From positions 106,306 through 170,305 of the forward strand of contig CAIZRG010000054.1 in the NCBI GenBank assembly GCA_903935335.1: a DNA stretch of 64,000 bases. The letters are read 5' to 3'. The notes under the pieces are model-generated. The model worked only from the letters and a program-made list of their open reading frames with translations, made no database searches and was not told where the DNA came from. Origin of the DNA: Oligoflexia bacterium. Lineage in GTDB: Bacteria > Bdellovibrionota > UBA1018. Below are positions 47,624 through 57,104 of this stretch, one piece after another (position 1 is the stretch's first letter; each line of letters opens with the position of its first letter). The translations under genes were made by a program, and so were the position numbers.

Positions 47624-49519
47624 TCAGGATCTTTTTCCTCGGTACTTGAATTTAAGATGGCGGTGTTTTTTGATTTTCTCAAATTTGAGTCGAGGATGTT
47701 TAGGATCAAGCAAGGGGTGCTCTGTTGTATTAATTTCTTTTTGCTGCTCAATGTATTGGATGAGAGCATCTCGAGCCATCAGACCTGTAGAAACTCTGAT
47801 TCGGTCTGCTGGGATTTGAGAAATGGGCCATGCGAGATCATCGCCTCCCGTTGTTAAAAAATCCAGTGTTGCTAGGGTATAGAGTTGATTTGGATCAAGT
47901 TTGCTTCCCTGAGATAATCGAACATCTAAAAGCCGGTTTTTTTTCCAAATTTCAAACTTTCCATCTCCATTCAGATCTTCGAAGGGAGCATCGAAGGAAG
48001 GGTCAATGAGTTGCAATTGTAAACCAGAGATGGATCCAAATCCTCGTGCACCGCTATGAGAAACTTTAAGAATGGTTCGGAGTTCTTTTTCATTCACTTG
48101 AAGCGTGACGATGCTGTTGTCAAAGGGAAAAGCTCTGAAAACATCTCCGTAAGTAATCGGCCCTGCTTCTAATGGAGAACGCACTCCTCCTGAGTTAACA
48201 TAGGCAAAGTCGGCATGAGTTAAGGTCCGGATGGCATCAGCCAGTAGATTTCCTAGCTCTGACTCCCCCATTCGGACATTTTCAACTGGACGAAGAGCCA
48301 CTCCGATTTGCTTTTTCTTAAGGGCTTGAGCTTTTTGAATTGGTTTTTCAACCAGTAATAGAGTTTTTGAGTCAGGTTCAATGGGCTTTCCATGAAATTT
48401 TGCCTGTATCAATGGACCTCTACCGTTCTTAGGAGCTAAGCGGTCTCCATTGCAGTCATTTTGATTTTGGAAGATATGAGTACAGACTGGAATGGGTCCT
48501 TCAATTCTGGAAAGCTCCGGAAGCAGTTTATTTTGAGACCAGTCATAAGTGAGATAGATCAGATTAAAATATCGGCCAAAAGCTCCTCCTTGAATGACAG
48601 GGACTCCAGCTACCCAATGATGAACCACTTGGTGAGAATGTCCTGCAATGACTCCATCTACAGTTCCTAGTGGGAGAGATTGTAAAAGCTCAACCATTTC
48701 ATCCTGTTCTCCGCACCTTCCTTGGGGATCTGTTGGTTTTCTTAAAAGTCGAGTGGATGGATTAGAACGACCTGATTCACACGCCAGTCCTACGTGGCTT
48801 GTGATTAAAATGAGATGAGCACCGAGTCTTCTTAAAGCTTGAGACTCTCTTAAGGTTGCTTGTTTGAGGTCTTCAAATTGAAGAGTCTTCACATTTTCAA
48901 CTTGGGTGGTTTTCGGAGTATCAAGAGTGGATAAGCCTAAGATTCCAATTTTAAGTCGACCCGCCTGTAAAAGAAGAGAAGGAGTCGTATTTTGAAAAGA
49001 GATCAGCTGATTCGTTTCTGTATCTTTTATATTAGAAGCTAAATAAGGATATTTGGCTTCTTTCATTCGTTTTTTTAAAGTAAGAAGTCCAAAGTCAAAT
49101 TCGTGATTTCCAATGGCAGCAGCCTGAAGGCCTGCAGCATTAAAAAACTGAACCATGGGAGCACCTTCCTCCAGATTACTTTCAACCGATCCTTGAAACT
49201 GATCTCCGGCATCAAGCCAGATCAGATGCTCCTGAAACTCAGATCGAAGAATCTGGATGAACGATGAAAGGACGGCAATGCCTCCTGCCTGATACTGAAT
49301 GCTTTGGGTTTTTCCTGCTTCTTCACGGGTATTGAGAGTCGAAGGAAGAATAGCACCATGCAAATCATTCGTTCCTAAAATAACAATAGTTTCAAGATCG
49401 TGAGTTTGTTTGGAGTTTTCATTTTTAGAGGGGGAACTACAGCTCGAGAGTAAAAGAATCAGAGTGATCAGAAGGAAGATAGATCTGTCACCTGGAGAGG
49501 GAATAGACTGGAAGTTCAT
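47624..49519 (-). CDS. 5'-nucleotidase/UDP-sugar hydrolase lipoprotein
   Basis: Lipobox LLSSC, TNDLHG, DAGDQFQG, GNHEFD, GHSH, NSGGVR, PFDN. Confidence 0.93.
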   Translation of the reverse strand: MNFQSIPSPGDRSIFLLITLILLLSSCSSPSKNENSKQTHDLETIVILGTNDLHGAILPSTLNTREEAGKTQSIQYQAGGIAVLSSFIQILRSEFQEHLIWLDAGDQFQGSVESNLEEGAPMVQFFNAAGLQAAAIGNHEFDFGLLTLKKRMKEAKYPYLASNIKDTETNQLISFQNTTPSLLLQAGRLKIGILGLSTLDTPKTTQVENVKTLQFEDLKQATLRESQALRRLGAHLILITSHVGLACESGRSNPSTRLLRKPTDPQGRCGEQDEMVELLQSLPLGTVDGVIAGHSHQVVHHWVAGVPVIQGGAFGRYFNLIYLTYDWSQNKLLPELSRIEGPIPVCTHIFQNQNDCNGDRLAPKNGRGPLIQAKFHGKPIEPDSKTLLLVEKPIQKAQALKKKQIGVALRPVENVRMGESELGNLLADAIRTLTHADFAYVNSGGVRSPLEAGPITYGDVFRAFPFDNSIVTLQVNEKELRTILKVSHSGARGFGSISGLQLQLIDPSFDAPFEDLNGDGKFEIWKKNRLLDVRLSQGSKLDPNQLYTLATLDFLTTGGDDLAWPISQIPADRIRVSTGLMARDALIQYIEQQKEINTTEHPLLDPKHPRLKFEKIKKHRHLKFKYRGKRS

Positions 49520-49561
49520 GGGAGCTGATCATGCTTGATGAGTGCAGGAGTTGTCAAACTC

Positions 49562-50215
49562 CTAGTTCCACTGGACTGAGATTTGAGTCACCTTGGCATC
49601 AACCTCAGATGATCGTTGAATCCTGATGAAACCGTTTTGACGACCGAACTGAAAAATATCGCGAGTGACTTTTACATCTTGGGTACAATAATCAATGATT
49701 TTTTGAACTTGCCCAGCTTTCCACCATTCTACAGCCATGAGTCCATCTGCTGATTTACCCGTGCCTAGGGTTCCTCTTGCGACAGCTTCAAGCTTAAGAA
49801 ACCGTTGGCGAGTGAGAGCTTCTAAGTCATACAAGATATCGAAAGTGTCCAATTTTTTAGGATCAAGTCCATAAGGAACTAAGACAGGTAGGTCAAATCC
49901 ACGAATATTGTATCCAACAACTAACCGCTCCTCACAAAGATCAATCAATTTGGAGAGTTCATTTTCTTTAAAAGCGAGAAACTGGTCAGTTTTGCTATCA
50001 TAGGCACAGGCGACTGAGACCCCTAGTTGGTCAACGTGATCCCATCCTCCTACTTCTTGAACGAGTTTTTGAGTCTCAACATCAATGACTAAAAAGTGCC
50101 GATGTCTCAAAAAAAGACTAGAAGGAATGACATCCTCAGAAAAAGGAACACAGTATCCATGTCGCCAATAAGAGGCATTGAGCTTGATGCGGGTTGTTGT
50201 TTCTCTTGTGTTCAT
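49562..50215 (-). CDS. RNase H-like (DEDD, YprB-type) nuclease domain protein
   Basis: VIDVETQ, GYNIRGFD, YCTQDV. Confidence 0.8.
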   Translation of the reverse strand: MNTRETTTRIKLNASYWRHGYCVPFSEDVIPSSLFLRHRHFLVIDVETQKLVQEVGGWDHVDQLGVSVACAYDSKTDQFLAFKENELSKLIDLCEERLVVGYNIRGFDLPVLVPYGLDPKKLDTFDILYDLEALTRQRFLKLEAVARGTLGTGKSADGLMAVEWWKAGQVQKIIDYCTQDVKVTRDIFQFGRQNGFIRIQRSSEVDAKVTQISVQWN

Positions 50216-50472
50216 TTCAAAGGATTTCTATTCTTGCTTAGAAATTTTTTGATTGTCAAGGTTTAGGTTTTTTATCCCAGCCTTGTAGGCACTAAAATTC
50301 ATAAGACTGCAATTTTTTCCTATATAAAAATCTCTAAAAATTGTTTTTTCAGAAAAAATTTAAACAACTGTAGAAGATAATAAGTTTATATTTTTTATTT
50401 AAAATATAAACTTTTGGCATTTATTTTGCTGAATACTTAGTTTTTTAAACACTATAAATAGATGGAGGTTCA

Positions 50473-52155
50473 GTGAAACGATTAAGAGAAAGTAAAATTC
50501 ATTATTTTTTAGCTGCTCAATTACTTGTTGTCAGCAGTTTATCTTTTGCTATGGTGACAGATGATCAGGAAGGAAGTTCCGGTGCTATAGTGACAGATGA
50601 TCAGGAAGAAAGTTCCGGATCAAAGTCTCAAGGCAAAATGGTCATTCATTCTACTGCTGAGCGGCTTCCTGGAAAGTATATTGTTGTTTTTAAACAAGAT
50701 GCACCTCCGACTCGAGTGGCAGAGCTGCTGGATGCAAAGGGGCCATCCAGTGAAATAAAAGAAGTTTTTCAGAATGTATTTCAGGGGTATACCGCTGAAC
50801 TTACTGAAGAAAAGTTAGATGAGGTTATTGCTGATCCAGATGTTGAGTTTGTGGAAGAAGACTCAATGCGGAAATTGATTTATTTCCCAGAAGAAGAAAA
50901 CCCCCCAGGTTTATCTATGAATGCTGTACAGCCGAATGTTCTTTCTTGGGGATTAGATCGTATTGATCAGCCTAATCTTCCGTTGAGCAAAGAATATTAT
51001 TACGAACAGACCGGGCGGGGTGTGAGTGCCTATGTTGTTGATACTGGGATTAGAAAGTCTCACATTGACTTTGAAGGTCGTATTGGAAAGGGTTTTAGTG
51101 CCATTTCTGATGGTCATGGTGAAGATGACTGTCAGGGGCATGGAACTCACGTTGCAGGGACGATTGGCGGAAAGCGATTTGGTGTAGCTAAAGAAGTCAC
51201 TCTTCATTCTGTCAGAGTGCTAGGTTGCGAAGGTGATGGTGCTATTTCTGGTGTTATTGCTGGATTGGATTGGGTGAAGGCTAATCATGTCGGTCCCTCT
51301 GTAGTGAACTTGTCTTTAGGAGGATCTCCTTCTGCTGCTATTGATAATGCAGTCAAAAGTTTGATTCGCAGTGGAGTGACAGCTCTGATTGCTGCAGGAA
51401 ACTCGAATGCAGATGCTTGTAAAGAATCTCCCAGTCGAGTTCCAGAGGCGATTAAGGTAGGAGCAACGAGTTCTAATGATTCAAGAGCCTCGTATTCAAA
51501 CTTTGGGTCTTGTGTGACTTTATTTGCTCCAGGCACTCAGATCACAAGTGCATGGAGTGACTCTGATAGCGATCAGAAGACGATTTCCGGGACATCGATG
51601 GCTACCCCTCACGTTGCAGGAGTTGCAGCGTTGGCTTTGGAGATATCTCCAAATGCGACACCCGAGCAAGTCAAGCAGATGATTATGAGAGCTGCTGTTC
51701 CAAATAAAGTGAAGGATCCAGCAGGTTCTCCGAATTACTTGCTGCAAAACAGTGTCAAGGCTTTGAGTGATTCAACTCCAAATCCAAGGGAACCCGAACA
51801 AAGACCCAATCCAACTCTTCCAGTTTCACCCCCAGTCTTACCCATTGACTCTTCTGGTCAGTATATCAAGTCCAGTGGAAATGTGAATGCTCCTTATTGG
51901 GTTTACGAACCTAATGGCGGACATCTTTATTCTCAATACCGTGAAAAACAGGAAATTTGGCTTCGGGCTGTTGACCCAAATGCAGTTTTTAAGCTAGAAA
52001 TCTTGAAATGGGGAAAAAAATGGGAAGTCGTTGGTGAGGCTATGGCATCCTCGGTAGAAGATGCTCATTTAGTTGAGGTAGGCTCTGGCTATTACTTGCT
52101 GCGAGTGACTGCTGTAACCCAAGGGGGAGATTATACTCTTTGGATTAAAAAGTAA
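50473..52155 (+). CDS. Secreted S8 subtilase (aqualysin/proteinase K-like) with I9 propeptide and C-terminal beta domain
   Basis: WGLDRIDQ, VVDTGI, HGTHVAG, GTSMATPHVAG. Confidence 0.95.
   Translation: MKRLRESKIHYFLAAQLLVVSSLSFAMVTDDQEGSSGAIVTDDQEESSGSKSQGKMVIHSTAERLPGKYIVVFKQDAPPTRVAELLDAKGPSSEIKEVFQNVFQGYTAELTEEKLDEVIADPDVEFVEEDSMRKLIYFPEEENPPGLSMNAVQPNVLSWGLDRIDQPNLPLSKEYYYEQTGRGVSAYVVDTGIRKSHIDFEGRIGKGFSAISDGHGEDDCQGHGTHVAGTIGGKRFGVAKEVTLHSVRVLGCEGDGAISGVIAGLDWVKANHVGPSVVNLSLGGSPSAAIDNAVKSLIRSGVTALIAAGNSNADACKESPSRVPEAIKVGATSSNDSRASYSNFGSCVTLFAPGTQITSAWSDSDSDQKTISGTSMATPHVAGVAALALEISPNATPEQVKQMIMRAAVPNKVKDPAGSPNYLLQNSVKALSDSTPNPREPEQRPNPTLPVSPPVLPIDSSGQYIKSSGNVNAPYWVYEPNGGHLYSQYREKQEIWLRAVDPNAVFKLEILKWGKKWEVVGEAMASSVEDAHLVEVGSGYYLLRVTAVTQGGDYTLWIKK
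50547..50618 (+). repeat. 36-bp tandem duplication in the subtilase pre-pro region
   Basis: TGCTATGGTGACAGATGATCAGGAAGGAAGTTCCGG followed by TGCTATAGTGACAGATGATCAGGAAGAAAGTTCCGG. Confidence 0.9.
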
Positions 52156-52213
52156 ATATTTGGGATTCAGCTTTTTTTTGAGTCTTTGAAGGAAACGAGG
52201 GAAAGGGTCAGAT

Positions 52214-52975
52214 ATGCTCAGGCATTTCACCCTTTCCTTTAAAATTCATGAGTTATACTTTTTTTTAAAAATTCACCCCTGTTTTGATTCAGAATTAAAA
52301 GAACAAAGATTGCTTGAAAAACAAGGTGGTTGTACAGTGGTTTTCATGCAAAAATCCTATAAAAGCATCCAAATTTTTAAAAATCCTCTTTTAGAGAGAT
52401 TCACGCATGTTCACCCTTTGACTCCTTTTGTTTTGTGGTTTCCCTTAGTGGGTTGGTTGTTATGGCGATCATTGAGTTTGCATCAATTGAGCATCATCGA
52501 AGTGGGAAGTTTAGGTTTGATTGCTTTACTGCTTTGGACATTAGTTGAGTACTTGTTGCATCGATTTGTTTTTCATTATGAGGGTAAGACATCTCTTGTT
52601 CAAAAACTTCATTTCTTGATTCACGGATTGCATCATGCAGATCCCATTGATCCCACTCGGTTAGTGATGCCACCGGCAGCGAGTATTATTTTGGCTGTGA
52701 TTTTTTATACGGTATTTCGGAGTATTTTAGGTTCTGTTCTTGTCGAGCCTTTTTTTTCTTTTTTTGTATTAGGCTACCTTTGTTATGATTATATTCATTT
52801 TGCAGTTCATCATTTTTCACCCAGAACGTTTATTGGTAGGTTTCTTAAGCAAAGTCATATGCAGCACCACTATGTGAGTCCTCACTCACGTTGGGGAGTC
52901 AGCTCTCCATTTTGGGATTATGTCTTTGGAACTTTGGAAGATGGAGATGTAAAGGATAAAGAAAGAACTATTTAA
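52214..52975 (+). CDS. Fatty acid hydroxylase/sterol desaturase family protein (FA2H-like)
   Basis: His boxes HRFVFH, HGLHH, HFAVHH and HMQHH, plus RLVMPP. True start probably ~52346. Confidence 0.9.
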   Translation: MLRHFTLSFKIHELYFFLKIHPCFDSELKEQRLLEKQGGCTVVFMQKSYKSIQIFKNPLLERFTHVHPLTPFVLWFPLVGWLLWRSLSLHQLSIIEVGSLGLIALLLWTLVEYLLHRFVFHYEGKTSLVQKLHFLIHGLHHADPIDPTRLVMPPAASIILAVIFYTVFRSILGSVLVEPFFSFFVLGYLCYDYIHFAVHHFSPRTFIGRFLKQSHMQHHYVSPHSRWGVSSPFWDYVFGTLEDGDVKDKERTI

Positions 52976-52976
52976 A

Positions 52977-54020
52977 ATGATGGGACCCAGAATTTTTGCT
53001 GGTTTGATAGCTCTGCTTTTTTTTTATATCGTTTCTCCTCTTGCTTTTCCGATTGCAATGGGAGGTGTCTTAGCTGTTTTGTTGGCGCCTTGGTTGGCCA
53101 TTTTTGAAAAAAAGAAGGGATCCACCGTATTAGGGTCTTTTATTCTCACGTTTGCAATTACGATGGTTCTTTTGGTTCCGGTCTCCTTTTTAACTTTTTT
53201 TGCAGCGAAAACAGGATTTCATCAGCTTCAAAACTGGAGATTGAATCCATCGAGCAGTTCAACGGGTTTCATGGATTCTGTCATTCACTTGCCTATGATT
53301 CATACTGGAATGATTTGGCTGACTTCAAAGATCCCTGTTGAGATGTCTGAACTTGTGGGTGTTTTCCAAGATTTGGGGAGAAGTGTAGTAGCCCGTATTG
53401 CTGAATTTTTAGGAGGAATCCTATCCCATCTTCCTGGAATGTTAGCTTCTTTAGGACTCATGGTAGTCAGTGTTTATTTCTTTTTAGTGGATGGCAAGCG
53501 TCTCACTTTATTTTTTAAGAAGAATTCAGTTTTTACCTCTCAGCAAACAGATCAGTTGATGAAGACAGCAGCTGAGATGTGTCGCTCAGTGATTTTAGCT
53601 TCCTTGGTTTCTGGTGGGGTGCAGTCGGTGATTGAAGTCTTGGTGTGTGCTTTGACTTCAACACCTCATTTGGCATTCATTGGTTTACTTGTGTTTATTG
53701 GATCGTTTATTCCCATTGTGGGATCAGCTCCCATTACTTTGACTGTAGCTATTCACCAGATCATTGAGGGACGACCTGAGTCAGGGATAGTCCTGTTGAT
53801 CACTGCAATGATTCTAATTGGAGTAGATAATGCAGTGAGGCCTTTGTTTCTCAAAGGTTCAGCTAATTTACATCCTTTTCTTGCCTTCATTGCAGCTTTT
53901 GGTGGTTTACAAACTTGGGGTTTTTGGGGTGTTTTCCTAGGTCCTATTGTAGCTGCTCTTTTTATTGTCGTGATTCAAATTTGGCTTGAGTCTGGGAAAG
54001 TTCAAAAATTAAGCAAGTAA
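52977..54020 (+). CDS. AI-2E family transporter
   Basis: YFFLVDG, FIPIVGS, DNAVRP, GGLQTWGFWGVFLGP. Confidence 0.9.
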   Translation: MMGPRIFAGLIALLFFYIVSPLAFPIAMGGVLAVLLAPWLAIFEKKKGSTVLGSFILTFAITMVLLVPVSFLTFFAAKTGFHQLQNWRLNPSSSSTGFMDSVIHLPMIHTGMIWLTSKIPVEMSELVGVFQDLGRSVVARIAEFLGGILSHLPGMLASLGLMVVSVYFFLVDGKRLTLFFKKNSVFTSQQTDQLMKTAAEMCRSVILASLVSGGVQSVIEVLVCALTSTPHLAFIGLLVFIGSFIPIVGSAPITLTVAIHQIIEGRPESGIVLLITAMILIGVDNAVRPLFLKGSANLHPFLAFIAAFGGLQTWGFWGVFLGPIVAALFIVVIQIWLESGKVQKLSK

Positions 54021-54053
54021 ATAGAGATATCCAGATTCATTTTCGTAGTCAGT

Positions 54054-54118
54054 GCGCAAGAAAATGTCTTTTGGGACGTGAAGATTTGGATTTCGATCCA
54101 AAAAACATTTTCTTGCAC
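54054..54118. repeat. Dispersed ~65-bp palindromic repeat, copy 2
   Basis: GCGCAAGAAAATGTCTTTTGG...CGTGAAGATTTGGATTTC...CCAAAAAACATTTTCTTGCAC. Confidence 0.8.
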
Positions 54119-54158
54119 ATTATAGATGCAGTCATTGACAGATGGATTCGATTTTTGA

Positions 54159-55808
54159 TTGAATCCGTTCATGGCTAAATTACCTCAGTCAAATAAGATT
54201 ACGGCAAGCAGTACTGCTGAGTATTTTTCAAAAAATCTGCAACAGGTAGGTTTTTCATCTCAAACAAAAGCTATTTTAACAACTTTAAAAGAAGCGGTTG
54301 ATAACGCTCTAGATGCGTGCGAAGAGGCTGGTCTTTTACCAGAAGTTTTTGTTTTGATCGAAAAAGTCGGGCCTGGATCTTTGAAAAACTCAGATCAGGT
54401 TCGAATTCGAGTTGAAGATAATGGACCTGGAATTGATCTTGAAGATGTTCCTAAAGTATTTGGAGAGTATTTAGCTTCTTCCAAGTTTGGTCGAGGGCGT
54501 TGTTCACGAGGGCAGCAAGGGATAGGCATTTCTGCTGCAACAACTTGGGCACAGCTGACGAGTGCAGTAGGGGCTCGTGTGATTACCAAAACAAAGTCTA
54601 TGCGCAAAGCGGTATCTTGTATCGTAGAAGTAGATATTAAGAATAATCGTGGAATGATGAAGGAGCGTGCATCTCTGGATTGGGATCGCCCTCATGGCGT
54701 TTTGGTAGAGTTTTTGGTGGATGGACGGATTCAATTAAATGGCGAGGCAGGGTTACTTAACTATTTAAATGGGACAGCTTTAGTGAATCCTCATTTAACC
54801 TTGCGATTCAAAGTTCCAGAGGTGGAAGAACAAAAGATTGAAAGAGTGAGTCAGACACTTCCAGAAGTACCAGAAGCCACAGAGCCTCACCCTCACACCA
54901 TGAAATTAGGTGAGTTTATTGCTCATTCGCATCTTTTTGGTCGAGTGAAGGTGGAAAGCTGGCTTAAGAAGGGTTTCTCTCGAGTTCATGAAGGTGTTTT
55001 GAAGGAATTAGTAGCCCATGGAGTAAAAAAAGATATTTTAATCAAGTTAGTTGATTCTCTAGGTGAGTCTGAGTTTAAACAACTGTTTATCGGCTTGCAA
55101 AATCTCAAGTTGATGGCACCTTCCACGAAGTCTGTTTTGTCGATTGGGGAAGATGGTTTTTCAAAGAGCATTCAACGGTTAGGGGCTGTTGATTTTTTTT
55201 CGGTGGTTTCGAGAAAACCTACGATTTGTGATTTTAAACCGGTTCAGGTTGAAGTGGCTGTTGCTCGTTTAGAGAATAAAGCTCAGGATTCAGAGACCTC
55301 CGTTCAAGTTTTAAGGTTTGCCAATCGGGTTCCGCTTCAGTTTGATAAGGCAGCATGCGCCATTGTTCATGCGATTGAATCGGTGAATTGGCGTTCTTAT
55401 GGGTTGGTCCAGCCTAAAAATTCGATTCCTCAAGGACCGTTTATTATTGCTGTGAGTGTGGTATCTCCCTTTATTAAGTTTAAAAATGCTTCAAAAGAGA
55501 CCATTGATGCGTCAGATGAATTGGTTGAGGAAATTCGAAGAGCCTTGATTCAGGCAGGCCAGAAGCTATCCAAGCATATTAGAAAGGAAGTCAAGGCTAA
55601 CGAGCTTGAAGAAAAAATCCGGCATATTGAGCAGTTTTGTCCAATTTTAGTGGATGGGTTATGTCGAATGACTCAGGCCAGTGCCGAGCGTCGAAAAAAA
55701 GCGGAGGCTGGATTAGTGAAGATCCTTGGAAGAGAAGCTCGTGAGACGGAGCAGGAGTTAGCCCAGGCCCAGGCAGTGCTGGAAGCACAAAAGGAGAGTC
55801 AGCTATGA
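54159..55808 (+). CDS. top6B: DNA topoisomerase VI subunit B
   Basis: GHKL motifs KEAVDNALDA, VEDNGPGI, SRGQQGIG, plus RFANRVPL and ASKE. Confidence 0.93.
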   Translation: MNPFMAKLPQSNKITASSTAEYFSKNLQQVGFSSQTKAILTTLKEAVDNALDACEEAGLLPEVFVLIEKVGPGSLKNSDQVRIRVEDNGPGIDLEDVPKVFGEYLASSKFGRGRCSRGQQGIGISAATTWAQLTSAVGARVITKTKSMRKAVSCIVEVDIKNNRGMMKERASLDWDRPHGVLVEFLVDGRIQLNGEAGLLNYLNGTALVNPHLTLRFKVPEVEEQKIERVSQTLPEVPEATEPHPHTMKLGEFIAHSHLFGRVKVESWLKKGFSRVHEGVLKELVAHGVKKDILIKLVDSLGESEFKQLFIGLQNLKLMAPSTKSVLSIGEDGFSKSIQRLGAVDFFSVVSRKPTICDFKPVQVEVAVARLENKAQDSETSVQVLRFANRVPLQFDKAACAIVHAIESVNWRSYGLVQPKNSIPQGPFIIAVSVVSPFIKFKNASKETIDASDELVEEIRRALIQAGQKLSKHIRKEVKANELEEKIRHIEQFCPILVDGLCRMTQASAERRKKAEAGLVKILGREARETEQELAQAQAVLEAQKESQL

Positions 55809-56947
55809 TTAACAAAGAAACCATACCCAAATTAAGCAAAGAGCTTTGTAACCGACTTCTGGCTGATTTAGAGAGAGCTAAAAGACCGATTTTGTATGCT
55901 ACGAAGTGCTCTTTAGATAATGCGAATTACAATCATAAAGTGGGATATCTAACGCCTGGATCTAAAAAAGTGGCAACTGAACTCAATGTGAGTTCAGTTA
56001 AAAAGATGTCTCGAGCTATTTTTATGCTTGAGATCTTGCTTCGTAATATTGATACAGGGGCCGTGAACACGAAACGTGAACTTTATTATATTAGTAAAGG
56101 TGAGATCAAGCATGATGCTCATCTTAAACCTCTTGATTTTGCGGATCAGGATGAGTCTGATGAGATTGTTGATTTTATTTGTGAAATGCTGGAGTGCTAT
56201 CGTGAGGAGCTCAATTGTTATGCGAATGATCGGGGGGGGCAAACCTATTCTCAGCAGTTGGTCGTCACGGAAACTTTACCGGATGGGGATCAAGCGGTGG
56301 TTGACTTATCTAAACTGGGGACAACTCCATTTCAGCCTAAAAATCGGCCACAAAACTTAAAGCTTTCAGCAAAGAAAAAAATTGATTTTTGTCTGATTGT
56401 TGAATCTGAAGGTACAGCTAACACTTTGGTGGCCAATGGTTTTACTAAGCGGCATGCGTCTATCTTAATGGGGGCACAAGGGGTACCCTCCAACGCCGTT
56501 CGGGGTTGGTGTAAGTTGATTCAAGATCAGCTTGCAGTTCCTCTTTATTTTTTTGGAGATCTGGACGCATACACGATGCAAAATATTTTTAGAACCTTAA
56601 AAGCAGGTTCAGCTGCTAGTTTAATTAGAAATTCAGATTATTCCGCTCCTGATGTAAGATTTCTTGGAGTTTTGCCGGATGATATTAAAAAATATGATTT
56701 AAATGATTATCCGGTGAAAGAAAACGATGCTCAAGAAGTGAGAGCTTTGAAAAAAGCTCATGATGCTTTAAAGAACGATCCCTTTTTTCAGGACAAAAGG
56801 AATAAAGGTTTAAACCAAATCTTAAAATGGCTTTTAGAAAACAAAAGACGTTGTGAGCAACAAGCTTATTTTACGGTGGATCCCAGAGATCCTACTATGC
56901 CTGAAAAAATCATTGTAGAGAAAATTAAACGTGGAAATTTTGTTTAG
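55805..56947 (+). CDS. top6A: DNA topoisomerase VI subunit A
   Basis: TKRELYY (catalytic Tyr), TOPRIM VESEG, GAQGVP, GDLD, EQQA. Confidence 0.93.
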   Translation: MINKETIPKLSKELCNRLLADLERAKRPILYATKCSLDNANYNHKVGYLTPGSKKVATELNVSSVKKMSRAIFMLEILLRNIDTGAVNTKRELYYISKGEIKHDAHLKPLDFADQDESDEIVDFICEMLECYREELNCYANDRGGQTYSQQLVVTETLPDGDQAVVDLSKLGTTPFQPKNRPQNLKLSAKKKIDFCLIVESEGTANTLVANGFTKRHASILMGAQGVPSNAVRGWCKLIQDQLAVPLYFFGDLDAYTMQNIFRTLKAGSAASLIRNSDYSAPDVRFLGVLPDDIKKYDLNDYPVKENDAQEVRALKKAHDALKNDPFFQDKRNKGLNQILKWLLENKRRCEQQAYFTVDPRDPTMPEKIIVEKIKRGNFV

Positions 56948-56982
56948 TCAAAAGATCCAGATAAATCTTTTGACTAAACAAA
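56938..56982. terminator. Inverted repeat at the end of top6A
   Basis: TTTGTTTAGTCAAAAGAT-ccagataa-ATCTTTTGACTAAACAAA. Confidence 0.7.
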
Positions 56983-57104
56983 ATAAACTAAAAAAATTAA
57001 AACTATAAATTAAATTTAAGTTTATTAGTTTACTTTAGATATAAGTCAGTCCTGTTTTATCTATTTAATGTAAAATAAACTAAATTTATGATAAAATATC
57101 CAGG

